From NCBI GenBank assembly GCA_964016885.1, contig OZ024746.1, positions 19,654,001 to 19,718,000 of the forward strand: DNA of 64,000 nt, read 5' to 3'. The first letter of the stretch is position 1; every line of letters begins with the position of its first letter. The stretch comes from Eledone cirrhosa (Eukaryota). A program made the position numbers and the translations under genes. The notes beneath the pieces are model-generated. The model made no database searches, had not been told where the DNA came from, and saw only the letters and a program-made list of their open reading frames with translations. Below are positions 27,516 through 41,080 of this stretch, piece after piece.

Positions 27516-28214
27516 TAATGATTTCTGATTGACTTCATTGCAACGTAACCGAAGCAAATACTCTTGGTGAACCACTCGCCCATCTCTCTGGTCTTCTAAT
27601 ACGACAAAGAATTCGTATAGCCCTGTAAATTATTGAAACGTACGTCAGATTTCTACACCGTTTGTCCCGACTCTGCTCTTGTTTAGTCAGGCAGCCTGAA
27701 CCTTTTCAGAGTTAACTAACAACCGGAAACATTTCGTAGTCCACTTCATTCATTATTTCAGTTCTTTATTTTCAGCCACTTTTCTCATTTAGAAATCCTA
27801 CTCCAACTACCACTCATTCGGTTGTCTTACGCTGACAGAAATGTTAAGCTATTCATGGTCTGAAATAACCAGCTCTCTGTTATTCCTGTAATACTTTGTC
27901 TTTAATTGAGTTCACACCTAATTAACCCGTAAGCAATTTTGCTTGTACCAATAGTTTTGATGGTGACTAATTAGGTCTTGGAGCACTATTTAGAAATTAG
28001 TATGATACCGAGTTAAATACTTAGTCACACGCTTTTGTTCTTAGTACAAGATTTCGGTACTGCAAACCTGAATCTCTTTTGAGACTTACACGGCCGCCCA
28101 ATGTTCTGATGGTAAATACTTTTTCTAGGCTCTCTGTTATGTACTTTGGTGCGCCCTAGTTCCAAGTTCAAATGGCACTGTAGATTTAATTCTAATTACT
28201 CCGTAATCGATATG

Positions 28215-28860
28215 TAAGGCAACGAATTGGCAGAGTCGCTAGAACGTCGGATAGAGTGCTTTGCGGTATTCGCTCCTGCTCTCTACTCTCTGAGTTCAAA
28301 TCCCGCAGAGGTCACCTTTGCCTTTCATCCTTTCGAGGTCGATAGAAAAAAGTACCAGTCTAGTACTGGGGTCGATTCTTCCTCTATATCTCTTTCTCAC
28401 TCTCTATATCTCTTTCTCACTCTCTATCCTTCTCTGGAACAAATCTGCTGTGTTCAGATCTGGGGATGAGATGGGCTACACCAGATTATAAAATGCCCCA
28501 GAAACGCCGTATATCAATATTGCACCCCTACGATCTCACAAGGAGTTGCGGGATCAAAAAGAAAAAGAACTAATCAATATGTATACACCAATAAGGTATT
28601 AGAGGTAAATTCAATTGACTATATCTGCGTGGTTTAATGGTTAGAGGATTGGATTGACAATCGTGAGGTTGCTAGTTCGATTGCCGGTCGATGTGTTAGG
28701 ATATCTTTATTTCACGTTGCTCTTTCTGGCAGGGGTTACGGCCGGTAGTATCATCAATTGGAAAGACCAATGGAAACATTGTTTCCTTGGTCCGATTTGA
28801 CGAGGTCCACCCCACCCGGTAAGCGAATGAAGTCTGGAATCTTGTCGATCGACTTCTTTT
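28215..28860 (+). mobile_element. Deu/Nin SINE variant (28215-28560) followed by a Meta-type SINE (28625-28860)
   Basis: GAGTTCAAATCCCGCAGAGGTCACCTTTGCCTTTCATCCTTTCGAGGTCGAT core; the second has a tRNA head and a GGAAAGACCAATGGAAACATTGTTTC body. Confidence 0.7.
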
Positions 28861-28929
28861 CTCTTTCCTGCTTCAAAAGATGGAGAAACTTGTCGAATAT
28901 TCAAAGAAGAAATGAAATAGTAAACATAT

Positions 28930-29230
28930 TAATGACTTTGCCTTCTTTTTCACTTGTACACAGTGGTAACGTGAGGCGACGTTCTTCAACCACAAACCTG
29001 GACTCAGCTGCCCGCAATGTAGAGATGATAATAGTTAAATGCCGTGGACTGATTAATTGCTTCCAATTTGTACCTGTTTCCGTCAAGACCTCGTGTATCT
29101 TTGATCACCACATTGTTGATTTCCTCCGTAAAGCCGCATAAACAGCGGCCCGCTTGAGGAAGGATCTGTGTGGTGGGGCGGTTGTTGCAGTGGGTCATCT
29201 CTGGTCATTCTCCGTGGTAACGCTTTTACC
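28930..29230 (-). mobile_element. Possible Tc1 transposase N-terminal fragment
   Basis: Degraded frame ...LRRKSTM.SKIHEVLTETGT... resembles the Tc1 HTH region; weak. Confidence 0.3.
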
Positions 29231-29679
29231 ATTTTGTTCGCAGGACGCGGCTGAAGCATCACTCAGATTGGGGGTGTAATGTCTGTCCCATCCCCCATCC
29301 CTTTCTTTCTTTGCTTGATCCCTATTTTTTTCCTTTTCTTCTATTCATTTCCTTTTTCTTCTTCTTTATTCAGAAGTTATATTCAGTTTCAATGGAACTT
29401 AAAGTGTACTGAACCAGACGAAACTGTTATTCCATATTAATTAAACGGAGTTGGAGAAAAAGACGAATATCTCATTTATTTTGTTGCCCAGCAACTGATC
29501 GACCGTTAAATAAGATGTTGTTATAGTAACTCTTTAATTAATTAATTTATTTATTGCACACTTTAAATGTTTACATTTATATGTACTTCATCCTCTCCTC
29601 TCCTCTCCCTTCACCTCCCGTGCCTTCTTCTTTCTACCTCGGTTTTACCTCCGCCTTTGTATTTTTTCTACTCAAAGAT

Positions 29680-29782
29680 AGTTATATCATATTGAGTGTT
29701 GCCAAGTTGAGCAGTTATATCATATTGAGTGTTGCCAAGTTGAGCAGTTATATCATATTGAGTGTTGCCAAGTTGAGCAGTT
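29680..29782. repeat. 33-bp unit x3 (AGTTATATCATATTGAGTGTTGCCAAGTTGAGC)
   Basis: Perfect triplication. Confidence 0.92.
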
Positions 29783-30674
29783 GCAGTAAAATAGATAGTA
29801 AACGCCTGGTGATTCGAACCCCACCGACCAGCTTTGCTCTAGAAACATGTCAATTCATTTATTTATTGAACCTGTGGGCCGTATACCGTTTTTTTAGAAT
29901 TGCATGGCTTTTGGCACATCACTGAAGAATTTCTCTGCTGCTATGTTGTCCCAATTATCCAATGAATAAGTCTTCTTCTTCTTCTTCTTGCTTGTGGCTT
30001 TGTTTTAATACTCTTGACATGTGGCATACCGCGTTTCTTGGACATTTTTAAAACCTGGGGAAGCCCATCTCCTCTCCAGGTCTGAATACAGCAGATTTCT
30101 TCCAGAAAAGGATAGAAAGTGAGAGAAAGAAAGGTGAAAAAGAGATATAGAGAGGAAATTGGAAGTATCGACCCCCCAGTACTAAACTGATACTCTTTTA
30201 TCGACTTATGATAGATGAAAAGCAAATTTGACCTCGACTGGATTTGAACTGAGAGAGCAGATAGCCGAAACATTCTAAACGACGTTCTAACGACTCCGCC
30301 AATTCGACACCTTATCTATGATAATAATAATTTAGATATATGTCCAATTAATATTAGTATGAATAATTGACCGACCGATAATTGATCTTTATTCTCACGG
30401 ACAAAAATAACATCAATAAATCTCAAAATAGCTGCGTTTACGTTTTAATACCCCCAACCACCTCTTCTCCCTGCGCTTTAACTCCCTCATTTCTAGAAGC
30501 AATAGATTTTCTCTTCTTGTTTTATTGTTGTTTGTTGTTGTTGTTGTTATTGGGCTGGGTGGGTATGTATGTGCGGGGTGGGGAGATGTTTAACACCATG
30601 AGCTGCTTTGATTTCAAGATAACATTACTCACAAAATTTATCTCAATCGATCGAAGTAAGAAGGAAATGAGCTA

Positions 30675-30985
30675 ACAAAGCAACAACAACAACAACAACA
30701 GCAGCAGCAACAGTAACAACAACAATGACAACAGCAGCAACATCATTAACATCAACGACAACAAAACAACAGTAACAATGACAACGACAACAATGACAAC
30801 ATCAATAACAACAAAGCAACAACAACAACAACAACAAAGAACAACAGCAACAACAACATCAATAGCAACAAAGCAACAACGACATCATCATCATCATTAA
30901 CATCAACAGCGACATCATCAGCAATAACAATGACATCAACATCAACAGCAACAATATCATCATCAACGACAACAATTGTAACAAT
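30675..30985. repeat. Degenerate (CAA/CAT/CAG)n trinucleotide tract
   Basis: Directly visible. Confidence 0.9.
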
Positions 30986-31012
30986 ATTTAACAGGAATTA
31001 TTAATCTATTTA

Positions 31013-31203
31013 GGGCGGTGGATTGGCAGTATCGGTAGAGGGTCGGACGCCATGCTTTCCAGCATAGTTACGTCCCTTTACGATCTGAGTTCAAATCCCG
31101 CCGAGGTTGACTTTGCCTTTCATCCTTACGGGGTCGATAAAATAAAGTACCAGTAATGCACTGGGTAATTGCTGGCCTTGTGCCTAAAGTAGAAACAATT
31201 ATT
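31013..31203 (+). mobile_element. Complete Deu/Nin-domain tRNA SINE with TSD
   Basis: A-box/B-box head and Deu core; AATTATTAATCTATTTAG present on both sides. Confidence 0.85.
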
Positions 31204-31558
31204 AATCTATTTAGTAAAAATGTGGAAATGGAAGGATTAGCTGTAATCTTTATATATATTACAAATAGGTTTCAGACAAAAGGTTCGTAACACGACTGAA
31301 ATATCGTCGTCTCAAGAAAATGTCGCTGTTATTGAAGCCAATTGCCATCAGAATATAAATACATCTCCTTTTCTCTCTATCTCTCTATCTATCTATCTCT
31401 ATCTATATACATATATATTTGTCTGTCTGTCTATATATCTATCCCTCTATTTATTTATCTATTCCTCTATCTCTCTGTCTGCCTATCTATCCATCTATCT
31501 ATCTATCTATCTATCTATCCATCTCTCTCTCTATCTATCTATCTATCTATCTATCTTA

Positions 31559-31862
31559 TGAAAGGTGGGTGAAAGTGGCGAGAATGGCCCGAGTGAATGG
31601 GCCTTCTCTCTATATCAGCCTGTAGGTTGAGGAAAAGGAGGAGGAGAGGAAAGGAGTACAAGCTCTTCGTACTCCTGGAGATGAGGGTTGCACATTTTTT
31701 TCGGGGGTCTGTGTTACCCATATAAACTGTCTCCCTCTATTGGGGAAAATCGACTAACTTTTAAATTCCATCTGTGATAACACTTTACACGTTTTTATTG
31801 TATGTAAACTTCCCCCTTTGTATTTGTCCCCTTCTTTTGTGCCCCTGTGGCTAATAAAGAAA
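31559..31862 (+). mobile_element. Tx1-like LINE 3' end (diverged copy)
   Basis: ERWVKVARMARVNGPSLYISL* plus a 3' UTR ending GTGGCTAATAAAGAA, like the downstream copy. Confidence 0.8.
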
Positions 31863-31868
31863 TATATC

Positions 31869-33279
31869 TATCTAGGGGTCTGGTTCGGGCCAAACCTCCA
31901 CGTGGAGAAAAACTGGAACGAGGTCACGGCCAAGGTGTTTGCACTCACCCAGAAGTGGGCAGAGTGCAAACTGTCCTTGAAAGGTCGAGCGGAGGTGGCG
32001 TACACTTTCATAGCGTCCGTCATCTACTACCGCTTGACTGTCGTGCCTTGTCCCCGTGAACACCTCGCCAAGATGGAACGCATGCTCTTCCAGTTTCTGT
32101 GGAAGAAGCAGGCTCCGCTGGTGAGGAGATCCGTCTGCTGTCAGCACCCTTCCAACAGAGGACTGGGAATGCCGTGGCTGATGATGCGCAAGCATGCGCT
32201 GAGGCTGCGGCATCTCCAGGTATTCCTTACCGACCCCCAACCGGTGTGGGAACCGTTTGTGAGACAGGCTTTTCCACAGCTCGTCTCGCTGACGGAGCTG
32301 CAGTCCTGGGTGAAGAAAAGACCGAAAACAATGGGCGCCTGGCACATTGAATGCGCTCAGGCGCTCACAGTCCTCTGGCAAGCGGGCGCAGTAATCAGTG
32401 GAGACTCCACTTTGACATTCTATAGAAGGATTGTACGTTACAAGGGCGACGACGTGCTCGGAGAGACTCTGGGCGTCGAAGACGATAAGCTCACCAGTTT
32501 GTTTGGTAGGACTTTCCACCCGGGACCTATGGACAACTTCCAGAGGTCCCTGGTCTGGCAGTGCTACCGAGGAGCTCTACCGGTTCGTGACAAGATCTAC
32601 AGGCACGGACAGGGATCCTTCCAAGAGGACGTGTCCAAGATGCGCGCAGGACATTGAAACAGTCCTGCACGCAATTGAACACTGTCCGGGCGTAACCGAC
32701 CTGTGGAACTATGCAGAACAACTGCTGTCGCGTATGGGACAAATTCAGTTGACTGCCGAGTCCATAGTAAGGATCAAACCGCCATTCTCTTTCAAAAACG
32801 GAAGAGAAGCGGTTTTCCTCTGTACGGTGGCTATGGTGAAAGAAGTTATATGGTGGACGAGGTTGAGAGGACTGAGGACAGATGCTTTTCTCTCCGGACA
32901 ACAATTGATTCCCTTCTTTAAGTATCACTTTAGAAGGAGAATCAGGGTGGAGAGAGCGGCACTGCACCCCAGTAAATTTACTGAAAGGTGGGTGAATGAA
33001 GCGAAAATGGCCCGAGTGATTGGGCCTTCTCTGTTTATAAGCCTGTAGGTTGAGGATGAGAGCAAAAGGAAGAAAGGAGCACTTGCACAACACGCTCCTG
33101 GAGTTGAGGGTTGTTCTATCGACGGGGTATTAAACAACCCATTTGTGGCGCCTCCCCCCTATTGGGGATTTCGATTGTTGTAATTGTTTTTTATATTTTT
33201 TACACGACTGTATGTAAAATCCCCGGCATGTCTTTGTATTGTCCCCTTTTCTTGTGCACCCTTGTGGCTAATAAAGAAA
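31869..33279 (+). mobile_element. 5'-truncated Tx1/L1-clade LINE (RT thumb plus C-terminal zinc knuckle), one frameshift
   Basis: YLGVWFG...KWAECKLSLKGR, GLGMP, CPRCAQDIETVLHAIEHC; frameshift near 32610; embedded in (TCTA)n. Confidence 0.88.
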
Positions 33280-34199
33280 TCTATCTATCTCTCTATCTAT
33301 TCCTCTGCCTGTCTATCCATCTCTCTCTTTCTCTCTCTATCTCTCTATCTATGTATATCTATCTATCTCTATCTATGTATATATATCTATCTATCTCTCT
33401 ATCTTAATAGGGCATACGCGTAAGTGTGTTAAATAAAACGTCAAAAGAAAAGGTGTGAAAAACGATGGCAACATTAAGATAACACGATGACGGCGACGGT
33501 GGTGAGGAAGGTGATGACGGCGGTGGTGGGGATGATACTAAAAATGAAATAGTAAATAATGGAAGAGGAAAAAAGTAAGAAAACGAAAATAAATCGATAA
33601 AAATAAAGAGCAATTAATAAATAAAAACAGATTAAGAAAGAAAAATTTTACGAGAAAAGTTCGTATCAGATAACAGTTTCGAGTTTTAGTAGAGGGTTGC
33701 CATTTTGAGTAATAATCTGTGACATTACCTCCCTATCTCATCTTTTATTACCTCCCTTTCTCATCTTCTCCAACTCCCCCTCCAGATATATTCTGAAACA
33801 GTGTCATTGTAACATGCACATATATACATCATACGCAATCATGGCGTTCTTGCTCCCGTCGATCACCATAAACAGTAGAGTTCTGTTTGGTTGCTCGATT
33901 ACTTCAGGAAGGGTTCTTTTATTTGTCTATTTCGATCAAGAATTCAATGCCTATTTCCGACCAGTTTTTTTTTTTTCTTAGTTCTGGATTCCCAGAATGA
34001 TTAAGTTATCCACATTAATCCTTATTTCTGGTGACACGATCAACACTCTCACCAGCCAAAGTATGTTGGTACGAGGGTGAAATCCTCGCTCTTGGATAGC
34101 ACAATGGAATGTATTGGCTCTTCGCTTCAGTTTCATAGGTAAATCTGACGTCAACGGTTTGATACCAATAGTACAGATATTTTATTCTCACACAGGACT

Positions 34200-34950
34200 T
34201 TCAGTTGCATCCAAATTTCACATCAAGGTCTGTGCTAGAAGATAATTTCCAAAGGAATCGCATAGTGCGACTGAATCTGGAACGCGAGCCATAGAAAAAT
34301 GGTTTGCGAGCCGATATTACTTATGAGACATAATGTAGTGACCAAAACACTATACAATGCAATTCTTAGGATAAACGTATAGAAAGTTACAGTGATGCGG
34401 AGGACATTGCACATAATATGAAAGAATAATGGTGGAATGTTCCAGTCAAAAGCCCAATAAAATGTAAACATAACAGATCAGATATAGTGATGTGGGACAG
34501 AAAGGTATAAACAGTAGTGGAAATTATCTGCCCAGCAGATATCAATGTAATGTTAAAGATTAGCAAAAAGGAGAACATTTATGCTGAACTAATGTGAAGG
34601 CTTGTGGCTGAGTGGTTAGAGAATTGGATTCGCAATCGTAAGGTTGTGAGTTCGATTCCTGGACCAGGCGATGCGTTATGTCTTTGAGCAAGACACTTTA
34701 TTTCACGTTGCTCCTTCTACCTGGAGTTGCGACCGATAGTTAGTATTAGCAATTGGAAAGACCAACGGAAACATTGTTCCCTCGGTCCGATTTGACGAAA
34801 GTCGATCGTTCCTTTAATGAGGAATCTGCAGATACTCCAAACTGACTATACTTTTAGATTTATACCTGCGATGCGATAATTAGGGCTCTGAGATATGTTA
34901 CAAACTGTCTTATTACAAATCTTAAGAAGCTGGGCTTCACAGAACTAGAT
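34200..34950 (+). mobile_element. Degraded R4/Dong-like non-LTR fragment (restriction-like endonuclease), split by a SINE at about 34595-34812
   Basis: RYYLMRHNVVTKTLY...WWNVPVKSPIKCKHNRSDIVMWD...EIICPADINV...KKENIYAELM resembles the NRPDIV/PxD REL domain; resumes after the SINE (MRNLQIL...FIP). Confidence 0.65.
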
Positions 34951-35384
34951 ATTATATTGCCACAACCCCACCACCCGTTTTGGGAAATTCATTGAAAGAA
35001 ATCCATAGTTGGTAAAGTAAATTTCAATGAAAAGAGATTTTTCAAGATAACGATGATAATGACACAAGTGACATCAATGTTTGAAGATGTATATCCATTG
35101 AAACGATTTATGAAAATCAATTTCATGGAACCAACCAGTTCATCTAGCTGTCGTTGCTATATTTTCTAACTGAAAAGCAAATAACTCCAGCAATAATTCC
35201 CCTACTCGACACTTTTATCTTTCCTTGACGACTGCTAACTACTGGCTTTATTCTCTATTTGCTTTTGTTTTGTTTTGCTAATATAATTGTTAGTGTTGTT
35301 ATTTACTTTACTCTGTTTCTCCCTTTTGTTTATTTTCATCTCCACTTTTCTTTCTCCCTCTCTCTTTCTCATTCATATATATAT

Positions 35385-35687
<303 letters not shown>

Positions 35688-35991
35688 AGTGCAATCAAAA
35701 TACTTTCGTTTCACAGAAACAAATCGATTGGAAATTCCGGCTGATTGATTTTTGTTCGCTTAGCTTCATTTATCTTTGATTTTTCTGTAGGATAAAAAAA
35801 AAACACATCAAAAACCAATCTATATATATATATATATGGAAAAAAAACATGCTCAGCTTAGCTTAAAGCTAAGCGATATAAAGACAGTTGGTGTGGTAGA
35901 GGGCGCTGTTAGTATTTTTACCCTTTTAATATCATCAGACTTAGTTTGTTGTTGTTATTATTGATGTTATTGTTGTTGCAACATAGCAATT

Positions 35992-37213
35992 TGTTACACT
36001 TTATTACTACAGTGAGTGGCAGTGTGTTACACTTTATTACTACAGCGAGTGGCAGTGTGTTACACTTTATTACTACAGTGAGTGGCAGTGTGTTACACTT
36101 TATTACTACAGTGAGTGGCAGTGTGTTACACTTTATTACTACAGTGAGTGGCAGTGTGTTACACTTTATTACTACAGCGAGTGGCAGTGTGTTACACTTT
36201 ATTACTACAGTGAGTGGCAGTGTGTTACACTTTATTACTACAGTGAGTGGCAGTGTGTTACACTTTATTACTACAGTGAGTGGCAGTGTGTTACACTTTA
36301 TTACTACAGTGAGTGGCAGTGTGTTACACTTTATTACTACAGTGAGTGGCAGTGTGTTACACTTTATTACTACAGTGAGTGACAGTGTGTTACACTTTAT
36401 TACTACAGTTAGTGGCAGTGTGTTACACTTTATTACTACAGTGAGTGACAGTGTGTTACACTTTATTACTACAGTGAGTGGCAGTGTGTTACACTTTATT
36501 ACTACAGTGAGTGGCAATGTGTTACACTTTATTACTACAGTGAGTGGCAGTGTGTTACACTTTATTACTACAGTGAGTGGCAGTGTGTTACACTTTATTA
36601 CTACAGTGAGTGGCAGTGTGTTACACTTTATTACTACAGTGAGTGGCAGTGTGTTACACTTTATTACTACAGTGAGTGGCAGTGTGTTACACTTTATTAC
36701 TACAGTGAGTGGCAGTGTGTTACACTTTATTACTACAGTGAGTGGCAGTGTGTTACACTTTATTACTACAGTGAGTGGCAGTGTGTTACACTTTATTACT
36801 ACAGTGAGTGGCAGTGTCTTACACTTTATTACTACAGTGAGTGGCAGTGTGTTACACTTTATTACTACAGTGAGTGGCAGTGTGTTACACTTTATTACTA
36901 CAGTGAGTGGCAGTGTGTTACACTTTATTACTACAGTGAGTGGCAGTGTGTTACACTTTATTACTACAGTTAGTGGCAGTGTGTTACACTTTATTACTAC
37001 AGTTAGTGGCAGTGTGTTACACTTTATTACTACAGTGAGTGGCAGTGTGTTACACTTTATTACTACAGTGAGTGGCAGTGTGTTACACTTTATTACTACA
37101 GTCAGTGGCAGTGTCTTACACTTTATTACTACAGTGAGTGGCAGTGTGTTACACTTTATTACTACAGTGAGTGGCAGTGTGTTACACTTTATTACTACAG
37201 TGAGTGGCAGTGT
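35992..37213. repeat. 33-bp minisatellite, about 37 copies (TGTTACACTTTATTACTACAGTGAGTGGCAGTG)
   Basis: Direct tandem periodicity; 11-aa repeat TLPLTVVIKCN on the minus strand. Confidence 0.97.
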
Positions 37214-37319
37214 CTCGACGAATCTTTTCAATTTTTCACTAACATCTAATAATTTTTTTTTTTTTTCCTCACCGTTGAACCATTGTTCGACACACGTTGC
37301 TACAGCTATTACTACACAC

Positions 37320-37782
37320 GGTAGTGGCGGCGGCGGCGGTGGTGGTGGTGGTGGGAGGGATAGTGGTGGTGGTGGTGATGGTAGTGGTGATAGTGGTGGT
37401 AATGGTGGTGGTGGTGATGGTAGTGGTGATAGTGGGGAGTGATAGTGGTGGTGGTGATAGTGGTGGCAATGGTGATAACGGTGGTGATGGTGGGGAGTGG
37501 TGGTGATGGTAGTGGTGATAGTGGTGATAGTGGTGATAGTGGTGATAATGGTGGTGGTGGTGATGGTGGGGAGTGGTGGTGATGGTAGTGGTGATAGTGG
37601 TGGCAATGGTGATAATGGTGGTGGTGGTGGTAATGATGATGGTGGTAGTAATAATGATGATAGTGGCGGTGGAAGTGGTTGTGGTGGTGATAATGATGAT
37701 GGCGGTGGTGATAATGATGATGGCGGTGGTGGTAGTGATAATGATGATGGTGGTGGTGGTGGTGGTGATAGTGATGGTGGTA
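37320..37782. repeat. Degenerate (GGT/GAT/AGT)n trinucleotide tract
   Basis: Directly visible, with internally duplicated blocks. Confidence 0.92.
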
Positions 37783-38561
37783 ATTTCTGATATTGACATA
37801 ATGTCCAGTGATGTGTTAGAGAGTGGTATAGTTAATTCATTGAACTAATCTCATTACATGCCTGCTATTCATTTAACGACCCCGGGTACATGTATACTCG
37901 TGTGGGTGGGTAAGACGTTTGATCACCCACCCACCCACCCACCCCCCGTGAACTTGTAGGTGTCTTTGTTTATCTTAGCAACAGGTTGAATCAAGTCTTA
38001 TGAGTAAATTGGATATATGGAGACTGTAAAATCCCATGAAGTTTATTGTAGCTATTATTGAATGATACAGGGGCGGTGGAAGCATTTCTGAATTGAGGGG
38101 AGAGGCGCAAATTTGGTCAATTTAGTTGTAGTGATTAGTTTAGCTGTTATTATCAAAAATCCACCAAGATATTAATAAAAAAAAAACTTCTATATGCGAT
38201 AAAAATAACATGTACATAAATTGTAGCGCATATACAAATTGATGTGATTTGGTAGTTTGGGGAGAAAAATATAATTATTGGGGGGACGACAGGTTGAGAG
38301 TGAGAGAATGGAAGTGAGAAAGAGATATAGAGGGAAAATTGACACCAATACAAGACTGGTACTTTTTCATCGAACTTGAAAAGATGAAAGGTAAAGTTGA
38401 CTTCGGTTGGATTTGAACTGAGAGACCAGAGAGGCAGAACGCATACTCTATTCGACGTTTTAACGACTCTGCCAATTTGCCGCATTGTATTAATTAAGAT
38501 ATGCATGTTTATGCAAACCCCACACGACTATATATCGTTCCTTGTTACTCCGGTCACTTAC

Positions 38562-39060
38562 CACCTTCTCTTAACTTTGCCACAAACGTGACAATGAAGC
38601 AAGAGTGAAGGTCGTCAGCAACATCCTTTATCTTTGATCCTTGTGTTACGCTGGCCCAATCAGTGTGACACGATACGTTTTACATCTCATTCTCAGTTTT
38701 GGACAGTATGCAGATAGTTCCGTGAGCTCAGCCAGAACTAGCTCCAGGTGTGTCTTCGAAGACGTAAAATATAAAGATAGCCTTTTCCATTTATGACAAG
38801 ACTTTCTCAATGTCATTTTTCTTAATGTCCTTAAAGACAAGGAGGAGTTATTCTTCGTAACAACATAGTTCTCCTATAATCTTTTCTCTCCCGAGAGCCA
38901 GTGTAAATCAATCGACTTTCTTCAGCTAATAATGCTAGTTAAGCTGATATTATTGTTACTACGATATATGTAACAATATTTCTTTCAGATAAGGTTTCAA
39001 TGTTTGTTGTATCTGCTTATTCAAAATTGTTAATTTTTTACGATTTAAAAACAAATGATT
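38562..39060 (-). pseudogene. FANCC-like 5' exon relic, many in-frame stops
   Basis: One frame: QTLKPYLKEILLHIS...IIGELCCYEE*...KNDIEKVLS*MEKAI...DDLHSCFIVTFVAKLREG, ending at a strong donor G/GTAAGT; 5' boundary unclear. Confidence 0.5.
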
Positions 39061-39396
39061 TGATATTTTTTCACAAGGTTTTTTTTTTTTTTTGTTTTGT
39101 TTTTGAAAGAGGAATTATTGTTACCAGGTTTGTCGTCAATACATCTTACTGTTACTCTATACTCTATAAGATTACATCCTTAAAGCGCCTGGCTAGTATC
39201 TGGGAGATATGGGGTTCGATTAGTCATAGCGGCCAATGGCAACTTCTTTTGCCGTCTTTAATAGTCTTCACCCTATTTCATAAGCTATTTTACACCATCT
39301 CCATGCATGAACACATCATTCTTTATATTAATTAACTTTATCCCCTCAGCACTTCGTAAAAGTCCCACAGATCGGCTATGTATACACGATGTTTGT

Positions 39397-39647
39397 GAAG
39401 GCGCGTAGTTTAGTGGCTAGAGAATTGAATTCGCAATCGTGAGGTTGCCATTTCGATTCCCGAACCAGGTGATGTGTTATGTCCTTGAGCAAGACACTTT
39501 ATTTCACATTGCTCTTTCTGCAATCAGTTGCAACCGGTAAATAGTATCAGCAATGGAAATACCAATGGAAACATTGTTTCCTCAGTCCGATTTTTACCCC
39601 ATTTGATAAGCGGCTGAGGTCTTGGATCTTGTCGATCGTTCTCCTCC
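39397..39647 (+). mobile_element. Meta-type tRNA SINE with 16-bp TSD
   Basis: TSD TATACACGATGTTTGT at 39381-39396 and 39648-39663; TGTCCTTGAGCAAGACACTTT core. Confidence 0.85.
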
Positions 39648-40139
39648 TATACACGATGTTTGTTGAAATTTTAAAACAATTTTAATAATGAAATACATAT
39701 CTAAAAGATAGACCTTTTTTTTTTTCTTCTAATCGTTATTGGGGCAGATGTCAAACTATTCCAGATGTCCCTCTTACCCAGCAATATATTTTTAAAGAAA
39801 TCTTTCATGAAATGAATCGCCATAAAATTCAAAATACTGAATGAGCGAAACAAATATCAGCAACGAAAAATAATAACTATTTCATTTATTTGCTTCCAGT
39901 GACCATTGATGCATACAAAAACATTACAAAAAGGTTTTACATGACGTGGGAGTGTACAGAATTATAGTTATATAAAAACAAAGGCAGTGTCAAGGACATT
40001 ATACAATATATATATATATATATATATATAAGCTTTTACGTACCCTATTATATATATATATATATATGATACAAAATATACATAAGAATAGACACACTAT
40101 AAATAGACATGCATATACATACTCACACGCACACACACA

Positions 40140-40174
40140 TATATATATATTTGTGTGTGTGTGTGTGTATGTAA

Positions 40175-40206
<32 letters not shown>

Positions 40207-40398
40207 TTATAAATATAAATATATAAATTTGTGTGTGTCTATATTTATATATATTATATATATATATTTGTGTGTGTGTATATATATATATATTTGTGTG
40301 TGTGTATATATATATATATTTGTGTGTGTGTATATATATATATATATATTTGTGTGTGTATATATATTTGTGTGTGTGTGTGTGTATATATATATATT

Positions 40399-40431
<33 letters not shown>

Positions 40432-40467
40432 TTGTGTGTGTGTGTGTATATATATATATATTTGCGC

Positions 40468-40515
<48 letters not shown>

Positions 40516-40622
40516 GTGTGTGTGTGTATATATATATATATTTGCGTGTGTGTGTATATATATATATATATTTGTGTGTGTATATATATATATTTGTGTG
40601 TGTGTGTATATATATATATATT

Positions 40623-40657
<35 letters not shown>

Positions 40658-40888
40658 TTGTGTGTGTGTGTGTATATATATTTGCGTGTGTGTGTGTATA
40701 TATATATATTTGCGTGTGTGTGTGTGTATATATATATATATTTGTGTGTGTGTGTGTATATATATTTGCGTGTGTGTGTGTGTATATATATATATTTGCG
40801 TGTGTGTGTGTATATATATATATATATTTGTGTGTGTGTGTGTATATATATATATATTTGCGTGTGTGTGTATATATATATATATATT

Positions 40889-40923
<35 letters not shown>

Positions 40924-40993
40924 TTGTGTGTGTGTGTATATATATATATATTTGTGTGTGTGTATATATATATATATATTTGTGTGTGTGTGC

Positions 40994-41024
<31 letters not shown>

Positions 41025-41080
41025 TTTGTGTGTGTGTGCATATATATATATATACATACATTTGCGTGTGTGTGCGCGCG
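40140..41080. repeat. Higher-order compound microsatellite [TT(TG)n(TA)m]x
   Basis: Regular alternation of TG and TA runs separated by TTTG. Confidence 0.95.

Larger units (their letters stand above)
35922..37861 (-). pseudogene. FANCC-like exon relic containing a degenerate (ACC/ATC)n tract and the 33-bp minisatellite
   Basis: Acceptor tagcag (phase 1, fits the previous exon) followed by stops; FNELTIPL~LSRVCVPL; CVEQWFNGEEKKKKLLDVSEKLKRFVETLPLTVVIKC; donor GG/GTAAAA. Confidence 0.5.

Noticed and set aside
34595-34680. tRNA gene
   Set aside because: tRNA-derived SINE head running into the SINE body; the same applies to the other SINE heads.
38646-38840. ORF MSLRTLRK...IGPA as the coding frame of the 5' exon
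   Set aside because: It needs a frameshift to reach the donor; the neighbouring stop-containing frame continues to the donor and matches FANCC-like motifs better. Not fully excluded.
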